Positions 1-13,220 of a stretch of DNA of 64,000 nt are shown in pieces; positions within the stretch are counted from its first letter, which is position 1; every line of letters starts with the position of its first letter. Source of the stretch: Pseudomonadota bacterium. Its GTDB lineage: Bacteria > Myxococcota_A > Polyangia > GCA-2747355. The translations under genes were made by a program, and so were the position numbers. The stretch spans positions 531,330 through 595,329 of the forward strand of contig JADJTL010000001.1 in NCBI GenBank assembly GCA_016711215.1, given 5' to 3'. Under the pieces are notes generated by a model that had not been told where the DNA came from, ran no database searches, and was given only the letters and a program-made list of their open reading frames with translations.

Positions 1-1365
1 CAGGTCCTCGACGATCCACTCGACCGTCTCGGCCGCCGTCGCATGCTTGCCGGTGAGCCAGCCGAAGCCCTCGAGGAAGCAGGCGGCCTCGTCGAGCGGC
101 GCCAACATCGGCAGGCACAGCTGCTTGCCCAGCGCGTGGTCGACGTCACCGCAACCCGGCGCGGTGTGGACGATCCCCGTGCCCTCGCCGGCGACGACGA
201 CCGGCTGGCCGTGCGAGTCCCGACCGCCGTCGATCACGCGATGCGCCTCGCGCGCGCTCTGCGTCACGCCCCGGGCGGCGAAGGGGAAGCCCCCCGCCAG
301 GCTCTGCGCCGGCAGCTCGTCGAAGGGGCCGTCGTAGGCCAGGCCGACCAGCTCGGCCCCCTTTACCGTGCCCTCGAGCGTGTAGCCGCCGCGCTCGTTG
401 AAGAGCTGCGCGAGGGTCTTCAGCTTGGGGACGCCGGCGACCCACTCCTTCTGCTCGCGGAACTGCCGGTCGAGGCGGGCGAAGGTCAGGTTCTCGGCGG
501 CGCAGTAGTAGAGCTCGCCGCTACGCTGATCGCGCAGCTTGGCGTAGTCCAGCTCGGCGTTGACCGCGGCGGCGACGTTGCAGGTCAGCGTCCAGGGCGT
601 CGTGGTCCAGATCAGCAGGTTCTCGCCCGGGCGGTCGCGCAGCGGAAAGCGGACGAAGAGCGCCGTATGCGCCACGAGCTTGCGCCCCTCGATCACCTCC
701 ATCTGCGAGTAGGCCGAACCCGAGCGACCCGACCACGGCATCACGTCGCTGCCGCGATAGATCTTGCCGCGGGCGTGGCAGCGCTTGAGAAACGACCAGA
801 TCGCGAAGTTGTTGTCCTCCGACATCGTGAAGTAGGACTGCTCCCAGTCCATCCACATGCCGAGGCGAATCGACTGCTCGGTCTGGACCGCCGAGTACTT
901 GCGCACGCGGGCCTGGCAGGCCTCGACGAAGCGCGCGACGCCGAAGGCCTCGACGTCATGCTTCGAGCTCAGGCCATGCTCCTTCTCGACCTCGATCTCG
1001 ACCCAGAGGCCCTGGCAGTCGAAGCCGTTCTGGTAGCGCAGGCGACGCCCGTTCATCGCCCAGTAGCGCTGGTAGACGTCCTTCAGCGTGCGGCCCCAGG
1101 CGTGGTGCACGCCCATCGGGTTATTCGCGGTGATCGGGCCGTCGAGGAAGGAGTAGGGCGGTCGGCCGCGCTGCTGCACGACGAGCTGACCAAAGGCGTC
1201 GGACTCGCGCCAGAGCGTCAAGACCTCGCGCTCGAGCGCGGGCAGATCGAACCAGGCCTCGACCTTGCGGTGGCCGGAGCCGGGCGCGATGCGTACGGCT
1301 GGGGTCGGCGGCTGCGCGCTGGCGCCGGGGGTCGGTTCTGTCGGGGGGCTGTCGTCTCGGGTCAT
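1..1365 (-). CDS. ileS: isoleucine--tRNA ligase, N-terminal 455 codons (rest lies beyond the window edge)
   Basis: Absent from the ORF track because it runs off the edge. The reverse-strand frame from ATG (complement of 1363-1365) is open to base 1. It reads ...[29 protein letters not shown]...[19 protein letters not shown]...[15 protein letters not shown], matching class-I HIGH-region and editing-domain signatures of actinobacterial-type IleRS. GC3-rich codons. Confidence 0.85.
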   Translation of the reverse strand, partial: MTRDDSPPTEPTPGASAQPPTPAVRIAPGSGHRKVEAWFDLPALEREVLTLWRESDAFGQLVVQQRGRPPYSFLDGPITANNPMGVHHAWGRTLKDVYQRYWAMNGRRLRYQNGFDCQGLWVEIEVEKEHGLSSKHDVEAFGVARFVEACQARVRKYSAVQTEQSIRLGMWMDWEQSYFTMSEDNNFAIWSFLKRCHARGKIYRGSDVMPWSGRSGSAYSQMEVIEGRKLVAHTALFVRFPLRDRPGENLLIWTTTPWTLTCNVAAAVNAELDYAKLRDQRSGELYYCAAENLTFARLDRQFREQKEWVAGVPKLKTLAQLFNERGGYTLEGTVKGAELVGLAYDGPFDELPAQSLAGGFPFAARGVTQSAREAHRVIDGGRDSHGQPVVVAGEGTGIVHTAPGCGDVDHALGKQLCLPMLAPLDEAACFLEGFGWLTGKHATAAETVEWIVEDL

Positions 1366-1387
1366 CGCTATCGTCCCGCGCCTGCGC

Positions 1388-2830
1388 TCAAGCGGGCGGC
1401 TGCCAGGCGCGCAGCTGGTCGTCGAGGAAGGCTGGCAGCTGATCCTGGGCGACCCTCTGCTGCCGCATCGAGTCGCGCTCGCGAACCGTGACCGTGCCGT
1501 CGGTCAGGGTCTGCCCGTCGACCGTCAAGCAGAAGGGCGTGCCGACCTCGTCCATGCGGCGGTAGCGGCGACCGATCGCGCCCTTGTCGTCATAGGAGCA
1601 GTGGTAGCGCTCGCGCAGCGCCTGGTTGATGCGCTGGGCGATCTCGGGCATGCCCTCCTTCTTGACGAGCGGGAAGATCCCGACCGTGAGGGGCGCCAGC
1701 CGCGGGCTGAGGGCGAGCACCACGCGCTCTTCGCCCTCGACCTGCTCCTCGCGATAGGCCTCGCAGAGCAGCATCAGGATCGTGCGGTCGAGGCCGGCGG
1801 AGGTCTCGACGACATAGGGGATGTAGCTCTCCTTGGTCTCGGGGTCGAAGTACTCGAGCTTCTTGCCCGAGTACTTCGCGTGATTGCGCAGGTCGAAGTC
1901 GGTCCGCGAGTGGATGCCTTCGATCTCCTGCCATCCCATGGGGAACTCGTATTGGACGTCGACCGCGGCGTCCGCGTAATGCGCGAGCTTCTCGTGGACG
2001 TGGAAGCGCAGCCGCTGCGGGCGGACGCCGTTGTCGATATGCCACTGCCGCCGCTCGTCGCGCCAGCGCTCGTAGGCCGCCATATGCGTCCCGGGCTTGA
2101 GGAAGTACTGCAGCTCCATCTGCTCGAACTCGCGCATGCGAAAGACGAACTGACGGGCGACGATCTCGTTGCGGAAGGCCTTGCCGACCTGCGCGATACC
2201 GAAGGGGATGCTCTGGCGCGCGACCTCGCGCACGTAGTTGAAGTTGACGAAGATGCCCTGCGCCGTCTCCGGGCGCAGGAAGATCTCGGTGGCGTCGGCG
2301 CCGACGGCGCCCACCCGCGTCGAGAACATCAGATTGAACTGACGGACCTCGGTCCAGTCACAGCTGCCGGAGGACGGTGAGCGGATCTGCTCGTCGAGGA
2401 TCAACCGGTGCAGCGCGGCGCAGGGCTCCGCGTCGTGCAAGGCGGCGACGAAGCGCTGATGCACGGCCTCGGCGCGCTCGCTCTGCCCCTTGTGGCGCAG
2501 CGCCGCGATGTACTCCTCGATCAGCTGGTCGGCGCGGTAACGCGCCTTGGAGACCTTGTCGTCGATCAGCGGATCGTTGAAGGCGTCGACGTGCCCCGAC
2601 GCCTTCCAGACCGTCGGGTGCATCAGGATCGCCGCGTCGAGCCCCTCGATGTTGTCGTGGCCGCGCGTCATCGCCTGCCACCAGCGCTCGCGCACATTGC
2701 GCTTCAGTTCGACACCCAGCGGCCCGTAGTCGTAGACGGCGCCCAGCCCGCCGTAGATCTCCGAGGACTGGACAATGAAGCCCCGCCGCTTGCAGAGCGA
2801 GATGATGGTGTCTAAGGGGGCGCTGCTCAT
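1388..2830 (-). CDS. glyQS: glycine--tRNA ligase (dimeric class II GlyRS)
   Basis: ORF 1388-3190(-) trimmed to the internal ATG at 2830 ([39 protein letters not shown]...). Colinear GlyRS-like sequence to the stop. The 120 upstream codons are Arg/Pro-rich extension. Confidence 0.9.
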   Translation of the reverse strand: MSSAPLDTIISLCKRRGFIVQSSEIYGGLGAVYDYGPLGVELKRNVRERWWQAMTRGHDNIEGLDAAILMHPTVWKASGHVDAFNDPLIDDKVSKARYRADQLIEEYIAALRHKGQSERAEAVHQRFVAALHDAEPCAALHRLILDEQIRSPSSGSCDWTEVRQFNLMFSTRVGAVGADATEIFLRPETAQGIFVNFNYVREVARQSIPFGIAQVGKAFRNEIVARQFVFRMREFEQMELQYFLKPGTHMAAYERWRDERRQWHIDNGVRPQRLRFHVHEKLAHYADAAVDVQYEFPMGWQEIEGIHSRTDFDLRNHAKYSGKKLEYFDPETKESYIPYVVETSAGLDRTILMLLCEAYREEQVEGEERVVLALSPRLAPLTVGIFPLVKKEGMPEIAQRINQALRERYHCSYDDKGAIGRRYRRMDEVGTPFCLTVDGQTLTDGTVTVRERDSMRQQRVAQDQLPAFLDDQLRAWQPPA

Positions 2831-3022
2831 CGTTGCGGTCCTCGGTAGCCGGGCGGTCGGTGGCTGTGTGGCGCCGCTGGTGCGCCGCGCGATGGGCATG
2901 CCAGAAATCGCGCGACGGAGCAAGCCTCGGGCGGCCTGCTGCACCCCGGTCGGTCGGCGTGGTAGCGTCCAGGCCGCCTGGCAGTAAGGGCGCACAGAGC
3001 GCACCTGGGAGTAGGAGCTGGC

Positions 3023-4495
3023 ATGTACGTGATCCAGGTCGCCGCCGAGATCGCCCCGGTGGCCAAGGTGGGGGGGCTCGCCGACGTCGTCTTCGGCCTG
3101 ACGCGGGAGCTCGAGGCCAGGGGCCACGACGTCGAGGTCATCCTGCCGAAGTACGACTGCATGTGGTACGACCAGATCTGGGGCTTGCACCGCGTCTTCG
3201 ACGATTTATGGGTGCCCTGGTACGGCGGCGCGATCCACGCGTCGGTGTATTTTGGCTGGGTCCACGGTCGCAAGTGCTTCTTCATCGAGCCCCACTCGGC
3301 GGATAACTTCTTCAACCGCGGGACCTTCTACGGCTGCAAGGACGACCTGCTGCGCTTTGTCTTCTTCAGCCGGGCCGCCCTCGAGTTCCTCTACAAGTCC
3401 GGCAAGCGGCCCGACGTGATCCATTGCCACGACTGGCAGACGGGCCTCGTGCCGGTGCTGCTCTTCGAGATCTACCAGTCGATCGGCATGCCGAATCAGC
3501 GCGTCTGCTACACGATGCATAACCTCCGCCACCAGGGCGTGGGTGGCGGCGAGCTGTTGTGGGCCACGCGCCTCGGTCGTCCAGAGTACTACTTCCACCA
3601 CGACCGCCTGCGCGATAATACGCACGTCAATGCGCTCAATCTGATGAAGGGCGGCCTGGTCTACGCCAACTTCGCGACCACGGTCTCACCGCATCACGCC
3701 TGGGAGGTGCGCCATACGGAGCAGGGCTACGGTCTGCAGGCGAGCCTCAATGTCCATCAGGCCAAGTTCGGCGGGGTGCTCAACGGCTGCGACTACGACG
3801 TCTGGAATCCGGAGAAGGACTGGCACCTCGCGCGGCACTACGGCGCGGCCTCGATCGAGGATAAGTATCTCAACAAGGAGGCGCTGCGTGAGCGGCTCTG
3901 GTTGCGCAAGGGCTGGCGGCCGATCGTCGCCTACGTCGGGCGGCTGGACGCGCAGAAGGGCGTGGCGCTGATTCGCCACGGCATCCACTTCGCGCTGCAG
4001 CTCGGCGCGCAGTTCGTGCTGCTCGGCTCGAGTCCCGACGCGGCGATCAATCGCGAGTTCTGGGAGCTCAAGCGCCAGCTCGACAGCAACCCCGACGTGC
4101 ATCTCGAGTTGGCCTACAGCGATCAGCTGGCCCATATGATCTACGCTGGCGCCGACCTGGTGCTCGTGCCGAGCATCTACGAGCCCTGTGGACTGACGCA
4201 GATGATGGCCCTGCGCTACGGGGCCGTGCCGATCGTGCGCGCGGTGGGCGGGCTGGCCGACACGGTCTTCGACCGCGACTTCGGCAGGAAGCCGCCCGGG
4301 GAGCGCAACGGCTACGTCTTCGACCATCCCGACGCCGCGGGGCTCGAGTCGGCGATGCGGCGCGCGATCGGGCTCTGGTTCGACTACCCGGCCGACTTCC
4401 GGCAGTTGATGGTCCAGGGCATGTGCTACGACTACTCCTGGAACTACCCTGGCCAGCACTACGTCAACATCTACGAGCATATTCGCGCCAAGTAG
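3023..4495 (+). CDS. glgA: glycogen (starch) synthase
   Basis: MYVIQVAAEIAPVAKVGGLADVV N-terminus (KxGGL motif) and a GT5 C-terminal half (PSxYEPCGLTQM). Confidence 0.9.
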   Translation: MYVIQVAAEIAPVAKVGGLADVVFGLTRELEARGHDVEVILPKYDCMWYDQIWGLHRVFDDLWVPWYGGAIHASVYFGWVHGRKCFFIEPHSADNFFNRGTFYGCKDDLLRFVFFSRAALEFLYKSGKRPDVIHCHDWQTGLVPVLLFEIYQSIGMPNQRVCYTMHNLRHQGVGGGELLWATRLGRPEYYFHHDRLRDNTHVNALNLMKGGLVYANFATTVSPHHAWEVRHTEQGYGLQASLNVHQAKFGGVLNGCDYDVWNPEKDWHLARHYGAASIEDKYLNKEALRERLWLRKGWRPIVAYVGRLDAQKGVALIRHGIHFALQLGAQFVLLGSSPDAAINREFWELKRQLDSNPDVHLELAYSDQLAHMIYAGADLVLVPSIYEPCGLTQMMALRYGAVPIVRAVGGLADTVFDRDFGRKPPGERNGYVFDHPDAAGLESAMRRAIGLWFDYPADFRQLMVQGMCYDYSWNYPGQHYVNIYEHIRAK

Positions 4496-4536
4496 CGTCG
4501 CTTCTTTCGCGCCCACTGCACTGGAGATCGAGCGTC

Positions 4537-6000
4537 ATGACCGACCTGCCCGAATACGTCGACGGACTGCCAAACCTCTGTGGAGCCGAGTCGGAGGTGC
4601 AGCGCATCATCGACGAGCACGCCGGGCGACCCGTCTTCCTGCCTGAGAGCGGGATCGACTTCCGGCAGGTGCGAAGCGCCTTCGCGGTCGCGCTGCACAT
4701 GCACCAGCCCTTGGTCCCCGCGGGCGGTGCTGAGCTGCGAAGCGCGGCGATGATTGGCAACCTGCAGTACATGCGCGACCACCCACAGCTCGGCGACAAC
4801 CACAACGAGGGCGTCTTCGCCTGGTGCTACCGTCGCATGGGCGAGTTCGTGCCGCAGCTGGTGCACGAGGGTCAGCAGCCGCGAGTGATGCTGGAGTATT
4901 CGGGGGAGCTGCTGCATGGCCTGCGGCAGATGGGTCGCCACGACATCCTCGACGCGCTCAAGACGATCACCTGCAACCCACGCTATCGCCGCTGCGTCGA
5001 GTGGCTCGGTGCGCCCTGGGGGCATGCGGTCGCGCCGTCGACGCCGGTGCAGGACTTCCGCCTGCACGTGCAGGCGTGGCAGCAGCACTTCCTCGCGCTC
5101 TTCGGCGCTGAGGCGCTCGGGCGGCTGCGGGGCTTCTCGCCCTCCGAAATGGCGCTCCCCAACCATCCGGACACGGCCTACGCCTTCGTCCGGACCCTGC
5201 TCGACCATGGCTACCAGTGGGTGCTGGTGCATGAGCACGCGATCGAGCGGCCCGAGCAGGGGGGGATGCCCGAGGATCGACACCTGCCCCACCGGCTCGT
5301 CTGTCGCAATTCCGCCGGTGAGACGGCAGAGATCATCGCCATCATCAAGACGCAGGGCAGCGACACCAAGCTGATCGGCCAGATGCAGCCCTACTACGAG
5401 GCCAAGGGGCTGGGCCGCCGGCCGCTCGGCGCGGCCCACGTTCCGCCGCTGGTGACGCAGATCGCCGACGGCGAGAACGGCGGCGTGATGATGAATGAGT
5501 TCCCAGGTAAGTATTTCGAGGTGATGCGCGAGTGCTCGGCCTCCGAGGTGCCGGCCCTCAACGTGACGGAGTACCTCGAGTACCTCTTCTCGCTCGGCCT
5601 GACGGCTGCCGACTTTCCGCCGGTACAGCCAGTGCGCCAGGCGCGCATCTGGGAGCGCTTCACCGCGGGGGGTGGTCCGGAGCGCCTGGCGCTGGCCCTC
5701 GACGACCTGCGCCGCGAGGACGCGCATTTTCATGTGGACGGCGGGAGCTGGACCAACGACCGCTCCTGGGTGCGCGGCTATGAGAACGTGCTCGGTCCGA
5801 TGGAGCAGCTCAGCGCGGCCTTCAGCGAGAAGGTCTTGGCCAAGCGCGTGCCGACGGACGAGTACCGCTACCGCAACGCGCTCTTTCATCTGCTGATCTC
5901 GCAGACGAGCTGCTATCGCTATTGGGGCCAGGGGATCTGGACCGACTACGCGCGCGAGATCTGCCGGCGCGGCAGCGAGATCCTGCAGTACGACTTCTGA
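4537..6000 (+). CDS. glycoside hydrolase family 57-like alpha-glucan enzyme
   Basis: ORF 4423-6000 trimmed to ATG 4537 (MTDLPEYV...). Contains the FAVALHMHQPLVP (HQP) motif typical of GH57. Sits directly downstream of glgA. Confidence 0.7.
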   Translation: MTDLPEYVDGLPNLCGAESEVQRIIDEHAGRPVFLPESGIDFRQVRSAFAVALHMHQPLVPAGGAELRSAAMIGNLQYMRDHPQLGDNHNEGVFAWCYRRMGEFVPQLVHEGQQPRVMLEYSGELLHGLRQMGRHDILDALKTITCNPRYRRCVEWLGAPWGHAVAPSTPVQDFRLHVQAWQQHFLALFGAEALGRLRGFSPSEMALPNHPDTAYAFVRTLLDHGYQWVLVHEHAIERPEQGGMPEDRHLPHRLVCRNSAGETAEIIAIIKTQGSDTKLIGQMQPYYEAKGLGRRPLGAAHVPPLVTQIADGENGGVMMNEFPGKYFEVMRECSASEVPALNVTEYLEYLFSLGLTAADFPPVQPVRQARIWERFTAGGGPERLALALDDLRREDAHFHVDGGSWTNDRSWVRGYENVLGPMEQLSAAFSEKVLAKRVPTDEYRYRNALFHLLISQTSCYRYWGQGIWTDYAREICRRGSEILQYDF

Positions 6001-6020
6001 GCGGCAGGCAGGGCCGCTGA

Positions 6021-6047
6021 CCGCGCCGAGCGAGCGTCTCGGCGCGG
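6021..6047. terminator. GC-rich hairpin between convergent GH57 gene and dnaK
   Basis: Perfect 10-bp inverted repeat CCGCGCCGAG-(cgagcgt)-CTCGGCGCGG in the 57-nt gap between two converging stop codons. No U-tract. Confidence 0.4.
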
Positions 6048-6057
6048 CCTCAGGCGC

Positions 6058-7974
6058 TTACTTCTCCTCGAACTCCGCGTCGATGACGCCGCTCTCCTTC
6101 GCCGCATGAGGTCCGGCGTCGGCCGAGGCTCCGTTGCCGGCGCTTGGCGGGGCGCCGCCGGCGCCACCGGCCGCGCTGGCGGCCTGGTACATCGCCTCGG
6201 CCATCTTATGGGACGCCTGCTCGAGCTCGGCCAGCGCCGCCTTCATCGCCTCGGCATCGTCTCCCGCCAGCGCCTTGCGGCCGCGCTCGATGGCGCCCTC
6301 GACCGTGCTGCGCTGCTCGGCCGGGATCTTCTCGCGGCTCTCGCTGATCAGCTTCTCGGTGCTGTAGACCATGCTATCGAGCCTGTTGCGCGTCTCGATC
6401 GTCTCCTTCTTGCGGCGATCCTCCGACTCGTGCGACTCGGCCTCATTGACCATCCGCTTGATTTCGTCCTCGTTGAGCCCGCTCGACGCCTCGATGCGGA
6501 TCTGGTTCTTCTTGCCGGTAGCCTTGTCCGCCGCGGAGACATGCAGAATCCCGTTGGCATCGATGTCGAACGCGACCTCGATCTGCGGGGTACCGCGCGG
6601 TGCCGGCGGGAGCCCGTCGAGGTGGAAGCGACCGAGCGACTTGTTGTCGCGGCTCATCGGTCGTTCACCCTGGGTGACGTGCACCTCGACCGAGGGTTGG
6701 CTGTCGGCGGCCGTGGAGAAGACCTCGCTCTTCTTGGTCGGGATCGTCGTGTTACGCGGGATCAGCACCGTATGGACGCCGCCCAGCGTCTCGATACCGA
6801 GACTGAGCGGGGTCACGTCGAGCAGCAGGATGTCCTTGACGTCCCCGGCCAGCACACCAGCCTGAACGGCTGCGCCGAGGGCAACCACCTCGTCGGGATT
6901 GACGCCCTTATGCGGCTCCTTGCCGAAGAACTCGCGGACGCGCTGCTGCACCAGCGGGATGCGCGTCGAGCCGCCGACGAGCACGACCTCGTCGATATCC
7001 TTCGGGGTCTTGTTGGCGTCGGCGAGCGCCTTGCGCGAGGGTTCGATCGTGCGATCGACGATCGCGGCGATCATGCGCTCGAATTGCGCGCGTGAGAGCT
7101 TCTTCAGCAGATGCTTCGGCCCGGTGGCGTCGGCGGTGAGGAAGGGCAGGTTGATCTCCGTCTCCTGAACGGAGCTGAGCTCGATCTTGGCCTTCTCCGC
7201 CGCCTCCTTCAGCCGCTGCAGGACCATCTTATCCTTCGAGAGGTCGATGCCCTGCTCCTTGCGGAACTCGTCGATCAGCCACTCCATCACCAGGCTGTCG
7301 ATGTCGTCGCCGCCAAGGTGCGTGTCGCCGTTGGTGCTGACCACCTGCACGACGTTCTCGCCGACCTCGAGCACCGAGATGTCGAAGGTGCCACCGCCGA
7401 AGTCGTAGACGGCGATCAGCTCATCCTTCTTCTTGTCGAGGCCGTAGGCCAGCGCCGCCGCCGTCGGCTCATTGACGATGCGCTTGACCTCGAGCCCGGC
7501 GATTCGTCCGGCGTCCTTGGTGGCCTGCCGCTGGGAGTCGTTGAAGTAGGCCGGGACCGTGATCACGGCCTCCGTGACCTCGTGCCCGAGGTAGTCCTCG
7601 GCCGCGCGCTTCAGCTTCTGGAGCACCTTGGCCGAGACCTCCGGCGGCGAGAGGTGCTTGCCCTTGATCTCGACCTGGGGGTCACCATTGCTGGCGCGCA
7701 CGACCTGGTAGGGGACGCGCTTGATCTCGTTCTCCATCTCGGTGAAGCGCATGCCCATGAAGCGCTTGATCGACGAGACGGTGTTCTCTGGGTTGGTGAT
7801 CGCCTGGCGGCGGGCGATCTGCCCGACCAGGACGTCGCCCTTGTCGTCCCAGGCGACGACCGAGGGGGTCAGTCGGCCGCCCTCTTCGTTGGTGATGACC
7901 TTGGGCTCGTTGCCTTCCATCACGGCCACCACTGAGTTGGTGGTGCCGAGGTCGATTCCGATCATTCTTCCCAT
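6058..7974 (-). CDS. dnaK: molecular chaperone DnaK (Hsp70)
   Basis: ORF trimmed to [21 protein letters not shown]. Full-length Hsp70 signatures ([18 protein letters not shown]). No dnaJ or grpE adjacent. Confidence 0.95.
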   Translation of the reverse strand: MGRMIGIDLGTTNSVVAVMEGNEPKVITNEEGGRLTPSVVAWDDKGDVLVGQIARRQAITNPENTVSSIKRFMGMRFTEMENEIKRVPYQVVRASNGDPQVEIKGKHLSPPEVSAKVLQKLKRAAEDYLGHEVTEAVITVPAYFNDSQRQATKDAGRIAGLEVKRIVNEPTAAALAYGLDKKKDELIAVYDFGGGTFDISVLEVGENVVQVVSTNGDTHLGGDDIDSLVMEWLIDEFRKEQGIDLSKDKMVLQRLKEAAEKAKIELSSVQETEINLPFLTADATGPKHLLKKLSRAQFERMIAAIVDRTIEPSRKALADANKTPKDIDEVVLVGGSTRIPLVQQRVREFFGKEPHKGVNPDEVVALGAAVQAGVLAGDVKDILLLDVTPLSLGIETLGGVHTVLIPRNTTIPTKKSEVFSTAADSQPSVEVHVTQGERPMSRDNKSLGRFHLDGLPPAPRGTPQIEVAFDIDANGILHVSAADKATGKKNQIRIEASSGLNEDEIKRMVNEAESHESEDRRKKETIETRNRLDSMVYSTEKLISESREKIPAEQRSTVEGAIERGRKALAGDDAEAMKAALAELEQASHKMAEAMYQAASAAGGAGGAPPSAGNGASADAGPHAAKESGVIDAEFEEK

Positions 7975-8050
7975 GACGTCAGCCTCCCGCGAGCAGTGAG
8001 AACGGAGTTCCGGAGAACTACAAAGCGTGGTTATCCCAGACGCAGGCGGC

Positions 8051-8078
8051 AACTTAAGCCGCGAGGCGAGGCTGTCAA
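8051..8078 (-). promoter_or_regulatory. candidate sigma-70-type promoter of dnaK
   Basis: On the minus strand, TTGACA (8078-8073), a 16-nt spacer, then TAAGTT (8056-8051), about 75 nt upstream of the dnaK ATG. Motif match only. Confidence 0.3.
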
Positions 8079-8120
8079 GGTGTGGTATTCCGGCGCGGGT
8101 CGCAAGAAAGCGACGGAGGC

Positions 8121-10589
<2,469 letters not shown>

Positions 10590-10831
10590 AGCAAGCTCCT
10601 GGCTCTCAGGTCAGGACCCTCGGGGGCCGCGCGATCACAGGGTTAAGCACGCCGGCCAGGACAGCGGGCCGTCCCAGCACGATAGAATGCGCCAAGCGGC
10701 AGCGCAAAGAGAAAGGCTCGTTGCAGCGGCGGACGGGCGCCTGCGGGCGCGCTGCGCGACCCCGCCGGGGGGGAAAGGGGGGCGAGACCCCGCGCCTGGC
10801 GGGGAGGCCGCGACGGGAAGGGGAGGGAGGC

Positions 10832-11017
10832 CTAGTCGTCGACGCGATCAAAGAGGATGCCGTCCTCGTCGCCGCGGCCGCCATCGTCATCGAGCTCGGC
10901 GAGCACGAGCTCGTCGACCATGTCGTCGACCGAGCCGTAGAGGCTGTCGAGCTTACGCAACTCGTTGCGCTCGAAGTCTTCGAACGACCGATAGACGCGC
11001 GGGAACGTGCTCTGCAT
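10832..11017 (-). CDS. small acidic hypothetical protein (61 aa, 19 Asp/Glu)
   Basis: ATG-initiated ORF with GC3-rich codons in an otherwise empty gap between lon and parA. No recognisable domain. Confidence 0.4.
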   Translation of the reverse strand: MQSTFPRVYRSFEDFERNELRKLDSLYGSVDDMVDELVLAELDDDGGRGDEDGILFDRVDD

Positions 11018-11074
11018 GCTGCCCTCCCTCTCTCTTTTTCCTCGCCGGGGTCGCTAAGGGCCCAGGCTTGCATT

Positions 11075-11108
11075 TGATTCCGCTCGGCACCTGATTCCGC
11101 ACGGCACC
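11075..11108. repeat. 17-bp tandem direct repeat TGATTCCGC(T/A)CGGCACC x2
   Basis: Two adjacent copies, 16/17 identical, in the divergent intergenic region between the small acidic ORF and parA. Confidence 0.8.
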
Positions 11109-11354
11109 GCCGCCGCGGCGGCAGGAAAGTCAGCACCCCACGCGCTCGTGGAGGGATGGATAAAGGCTACATAAAGGTGATTATCCGACATGTAGGAAGA
11201 ACGCAAAAAAGCCGCTCGCGGGCGCTGCCACAGCCGCTGTCTGGGCCGCGCAGGTCATTTCGTGCTATGCGCGGACCTCAGCCGTCGCCGGGGAAGCTGT
11301 CGCCCGGAAGATGCCGTCGCGCCAGCGGGCGTGGCGCGCGCAGGAGTGGTGAGC

Positions 11355-12206
11355 ATGGGGCAGATCATTGCCGTGGCGAATCAGAAGGGCGGGGTCGGCA
11401 AGACCACGACCGCGATCAACCTCGGCGCCTCACTCGCGGCGGCGGAACAGCGCGTGCTGCTCGTCGATTTGGATCCTCAGGGCAACCTGAGCTCGGGGCT
11501 CGGCTACCCGCGGGCGCGCGTCCAGCAGCACGTCTATCAGGTGCTGAGCGGCGAGCGCACCATCGACGAGGTGATGGTCGACACCGACCTCGAGTACCTC
11601 AAGCTCGTGCCGACCCATACGGAGCTGATCGGGGCCGAGATCGAGCTGGTCGGCGACGAGGCGCGGCACGGGCGCCTGGCCGCCGCGCTCGAGCAGGTCA
11701 CGCCGCGCTTCAACTACGTCTTGATCGACTGCCCGCCCTCGCTCGGCCTGCTGACGCTGAACGCGCTGGTGGCGGCCGACTCGGTGCTGGTGCCGCTGCA
11801 GTGCGAGTACTTTGCGCTCGAGGGCTTGAGTCACCTGCTGGCGACGATCGAGCGTGTGCGCGCGATTTACAAGCCGGCGCTCGCGCTCGAGGGCGTGCTG
11901 CTCTGCATGTACGATCGGCGGATGAACCTGACCCAGCAGGTGGCAAACGAGGTGCGGGGGCACTTTGCCGCCCAGGTCTTCGACACCGTCATTCCGCGCA
12001 ACGTGCGGCTCGGCGAGTCGACCTCCTTCGGCAAGCCGGTGCTGCTCTACGACGTCGAATCCGCCGGCGCGCGCGCGTATCTTCAGCTCGCGCAGGAGTT
12101 GATTCGGCGGCGGGCGATGCAGGTGGCGCCGCAGCCGCCGCGCCCGGCCGCACCACGGGTGGTGGCGGCGCGGCGCGCCCTCGCCGCGAGTGACGGGACC
12201 GAATGA
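11355..12206 (+). CDS. parA: chromosome partitioning ATPase ParA/Soj
   Basis: ORF trimmed to MGQIIAVANQKGGVGKTTTAINLGASLA (deviant Walker A). Colinear ParA sequence with an Ala/Pro-rich tail. Confidence 0.9.
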   Translation: MGQIIAVANQKGGVGKTTTAINLGASLAAAEQRVLLVDLDPQGNLSSGLGYPRARVQQHVYQVLSGERTIDEVMVDTDLEYLKLVPTHTELIGAEIELVGDEARHGRLAAALEQVTPRFNYVLIDCPPSLGLLTLNALVAADSVLVPLQCEYFALEGLSHLLATIERVRAIYKPALALEGVLLCMYDRRMNLTQQVANEVRGHFAAQVFDTVIPRNVRLGESTSFGKPVLLYDVESAGARAYLQLAQELIRRRAMQVAPQPPRPAAPRVVAARRALAASDGTE

Positions 12207-12291
12207 CGCGCGCCAGACGGGACTCGATCAGCCGTCGGTTAGCGGGCGCTGACGGCCGGCGGCTCGGGCCGCGGGTGTGTAGGACGCGACG

Positions 12292-13220
12292 ATGACGGGA
12301 AAACGGCGCGCGCTGGGGCGGGGACTCTCGGCGCTGATTCCGGACCCGGCGGCGGCGGCCGCGCCGAGGCGCGGACCGGAGTTCTTCGTGTGCCCGATCG
12401 AGCGCGTGCGGCCGCTCAAGGGGCAGCCGCGCCGCTTCTTCGACGAGGCGCGGCTGGTCGAGCTGGCGGCGTCGATCAAGCTGCAGGGCCTGGTTCAGCC
12501 CCTGCTCGTGCGCCCTGACGCCGACGGCATGTTCACGTTGATCGCTGGCGAGCGGCGCTGGCGGGCCGCGCAGCGGGCAGGGCTCCACGAGGTGCCCGTG
12601 GTGGTGCGGCAGGCTGACGACCTGGTGGCCTTCGAGCTGGCCTTGGTCGAGAACCTGCAACGGGAGGACCTCAATCCGATTGAGGAGGCAGAGGCCTTCG
12701 CGCGCCTGCTTGGCGAGCACGACTACACCCAGGAGCAGTTGGCCGAGCGGGTTGGAAAGATCGCTCGACGGTGGCCAACAGTCTGCGCCTGCTCAGGCTG
12801 CCCGAGAGCGTGCGGCGCGCCGTGATCTCGGGGGCCCTGAGCGGCGGTCACGCGCGCGCCCTGCTCAGTCTCGAAGGGCGCGCGGGCGGGACGCCGCCGG
12901 TGGAGGTCGGCGCCGGCGAGCGGCTGCGGCGCTACGAGCAGGCGCTGCGCGAGGTCGTCGCCAAGGGCTTGTCCGTGCGACAGACCGAGCTGCTGGTGCG
13001 GCGCGTCGTCGCGGAGGGGGGCGCTGGCGCCGCCGCGACCTCGGCGCGAGCGACGCCCGTCGCCCTATCGCCCAACGCTCGCGACCTGCAGGACCGTATG
13101 GCGCGCGCGCTGGGCACGCGGGTGGCGCTCCATCCGGCGGCGGGCGGGCGCGGGCGGATCGAGATCGAGTACGGATCCCTCGACGAGCTCGAGCGGTTGA
13201 TCGAGGTCCTGCTGCGGTGA
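12292..13220 (+). pseudogene. parB: chromosome partitioning protein ParB, interrupted by an apparent 1-nt deletion near 12757-12760
   Basis: The N-terminal half is ORF 12292-12825 (GRGLSALI, GERRWRAA, ...QLAERVGK). The C-terminal half is ORF 12771-13220 in another frame (ANSLRLLRLPESV...GHARALL). The conserved ERVGK-DRSTVANSLRLL HTH is restored only by adding one base in ggaaag/atcgc. Confidence 0.85.

Noticed and set aside
43-1491. 482-aa plus-strand ORF at the window start
   Set aside because: It is antisense to a clean IleRS reading frame. The translation is Arg/Ala/Leu/Gly-rich with no motifs, typical of a GC-driven shadow ORF.
11155-11215. AT-rich patch near parAB as oriC, with TTATCCGAC as a DnaA box
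   Set aside because: Only one box-like 9-mer with 3 mismatches to TTATCCACA, no cluster of boxes, and no adjacent dnaA/dnaN. More likely a promoter or regulatory region.
12680-13216. N-terminal 179 codons of ORF 12680-13945
   Set aside because: This part overlaps parB out of frame and is Arg/Ala low complexity. The PilZ domain begins right after the GTG at 13217, which overlaps the parB stop.
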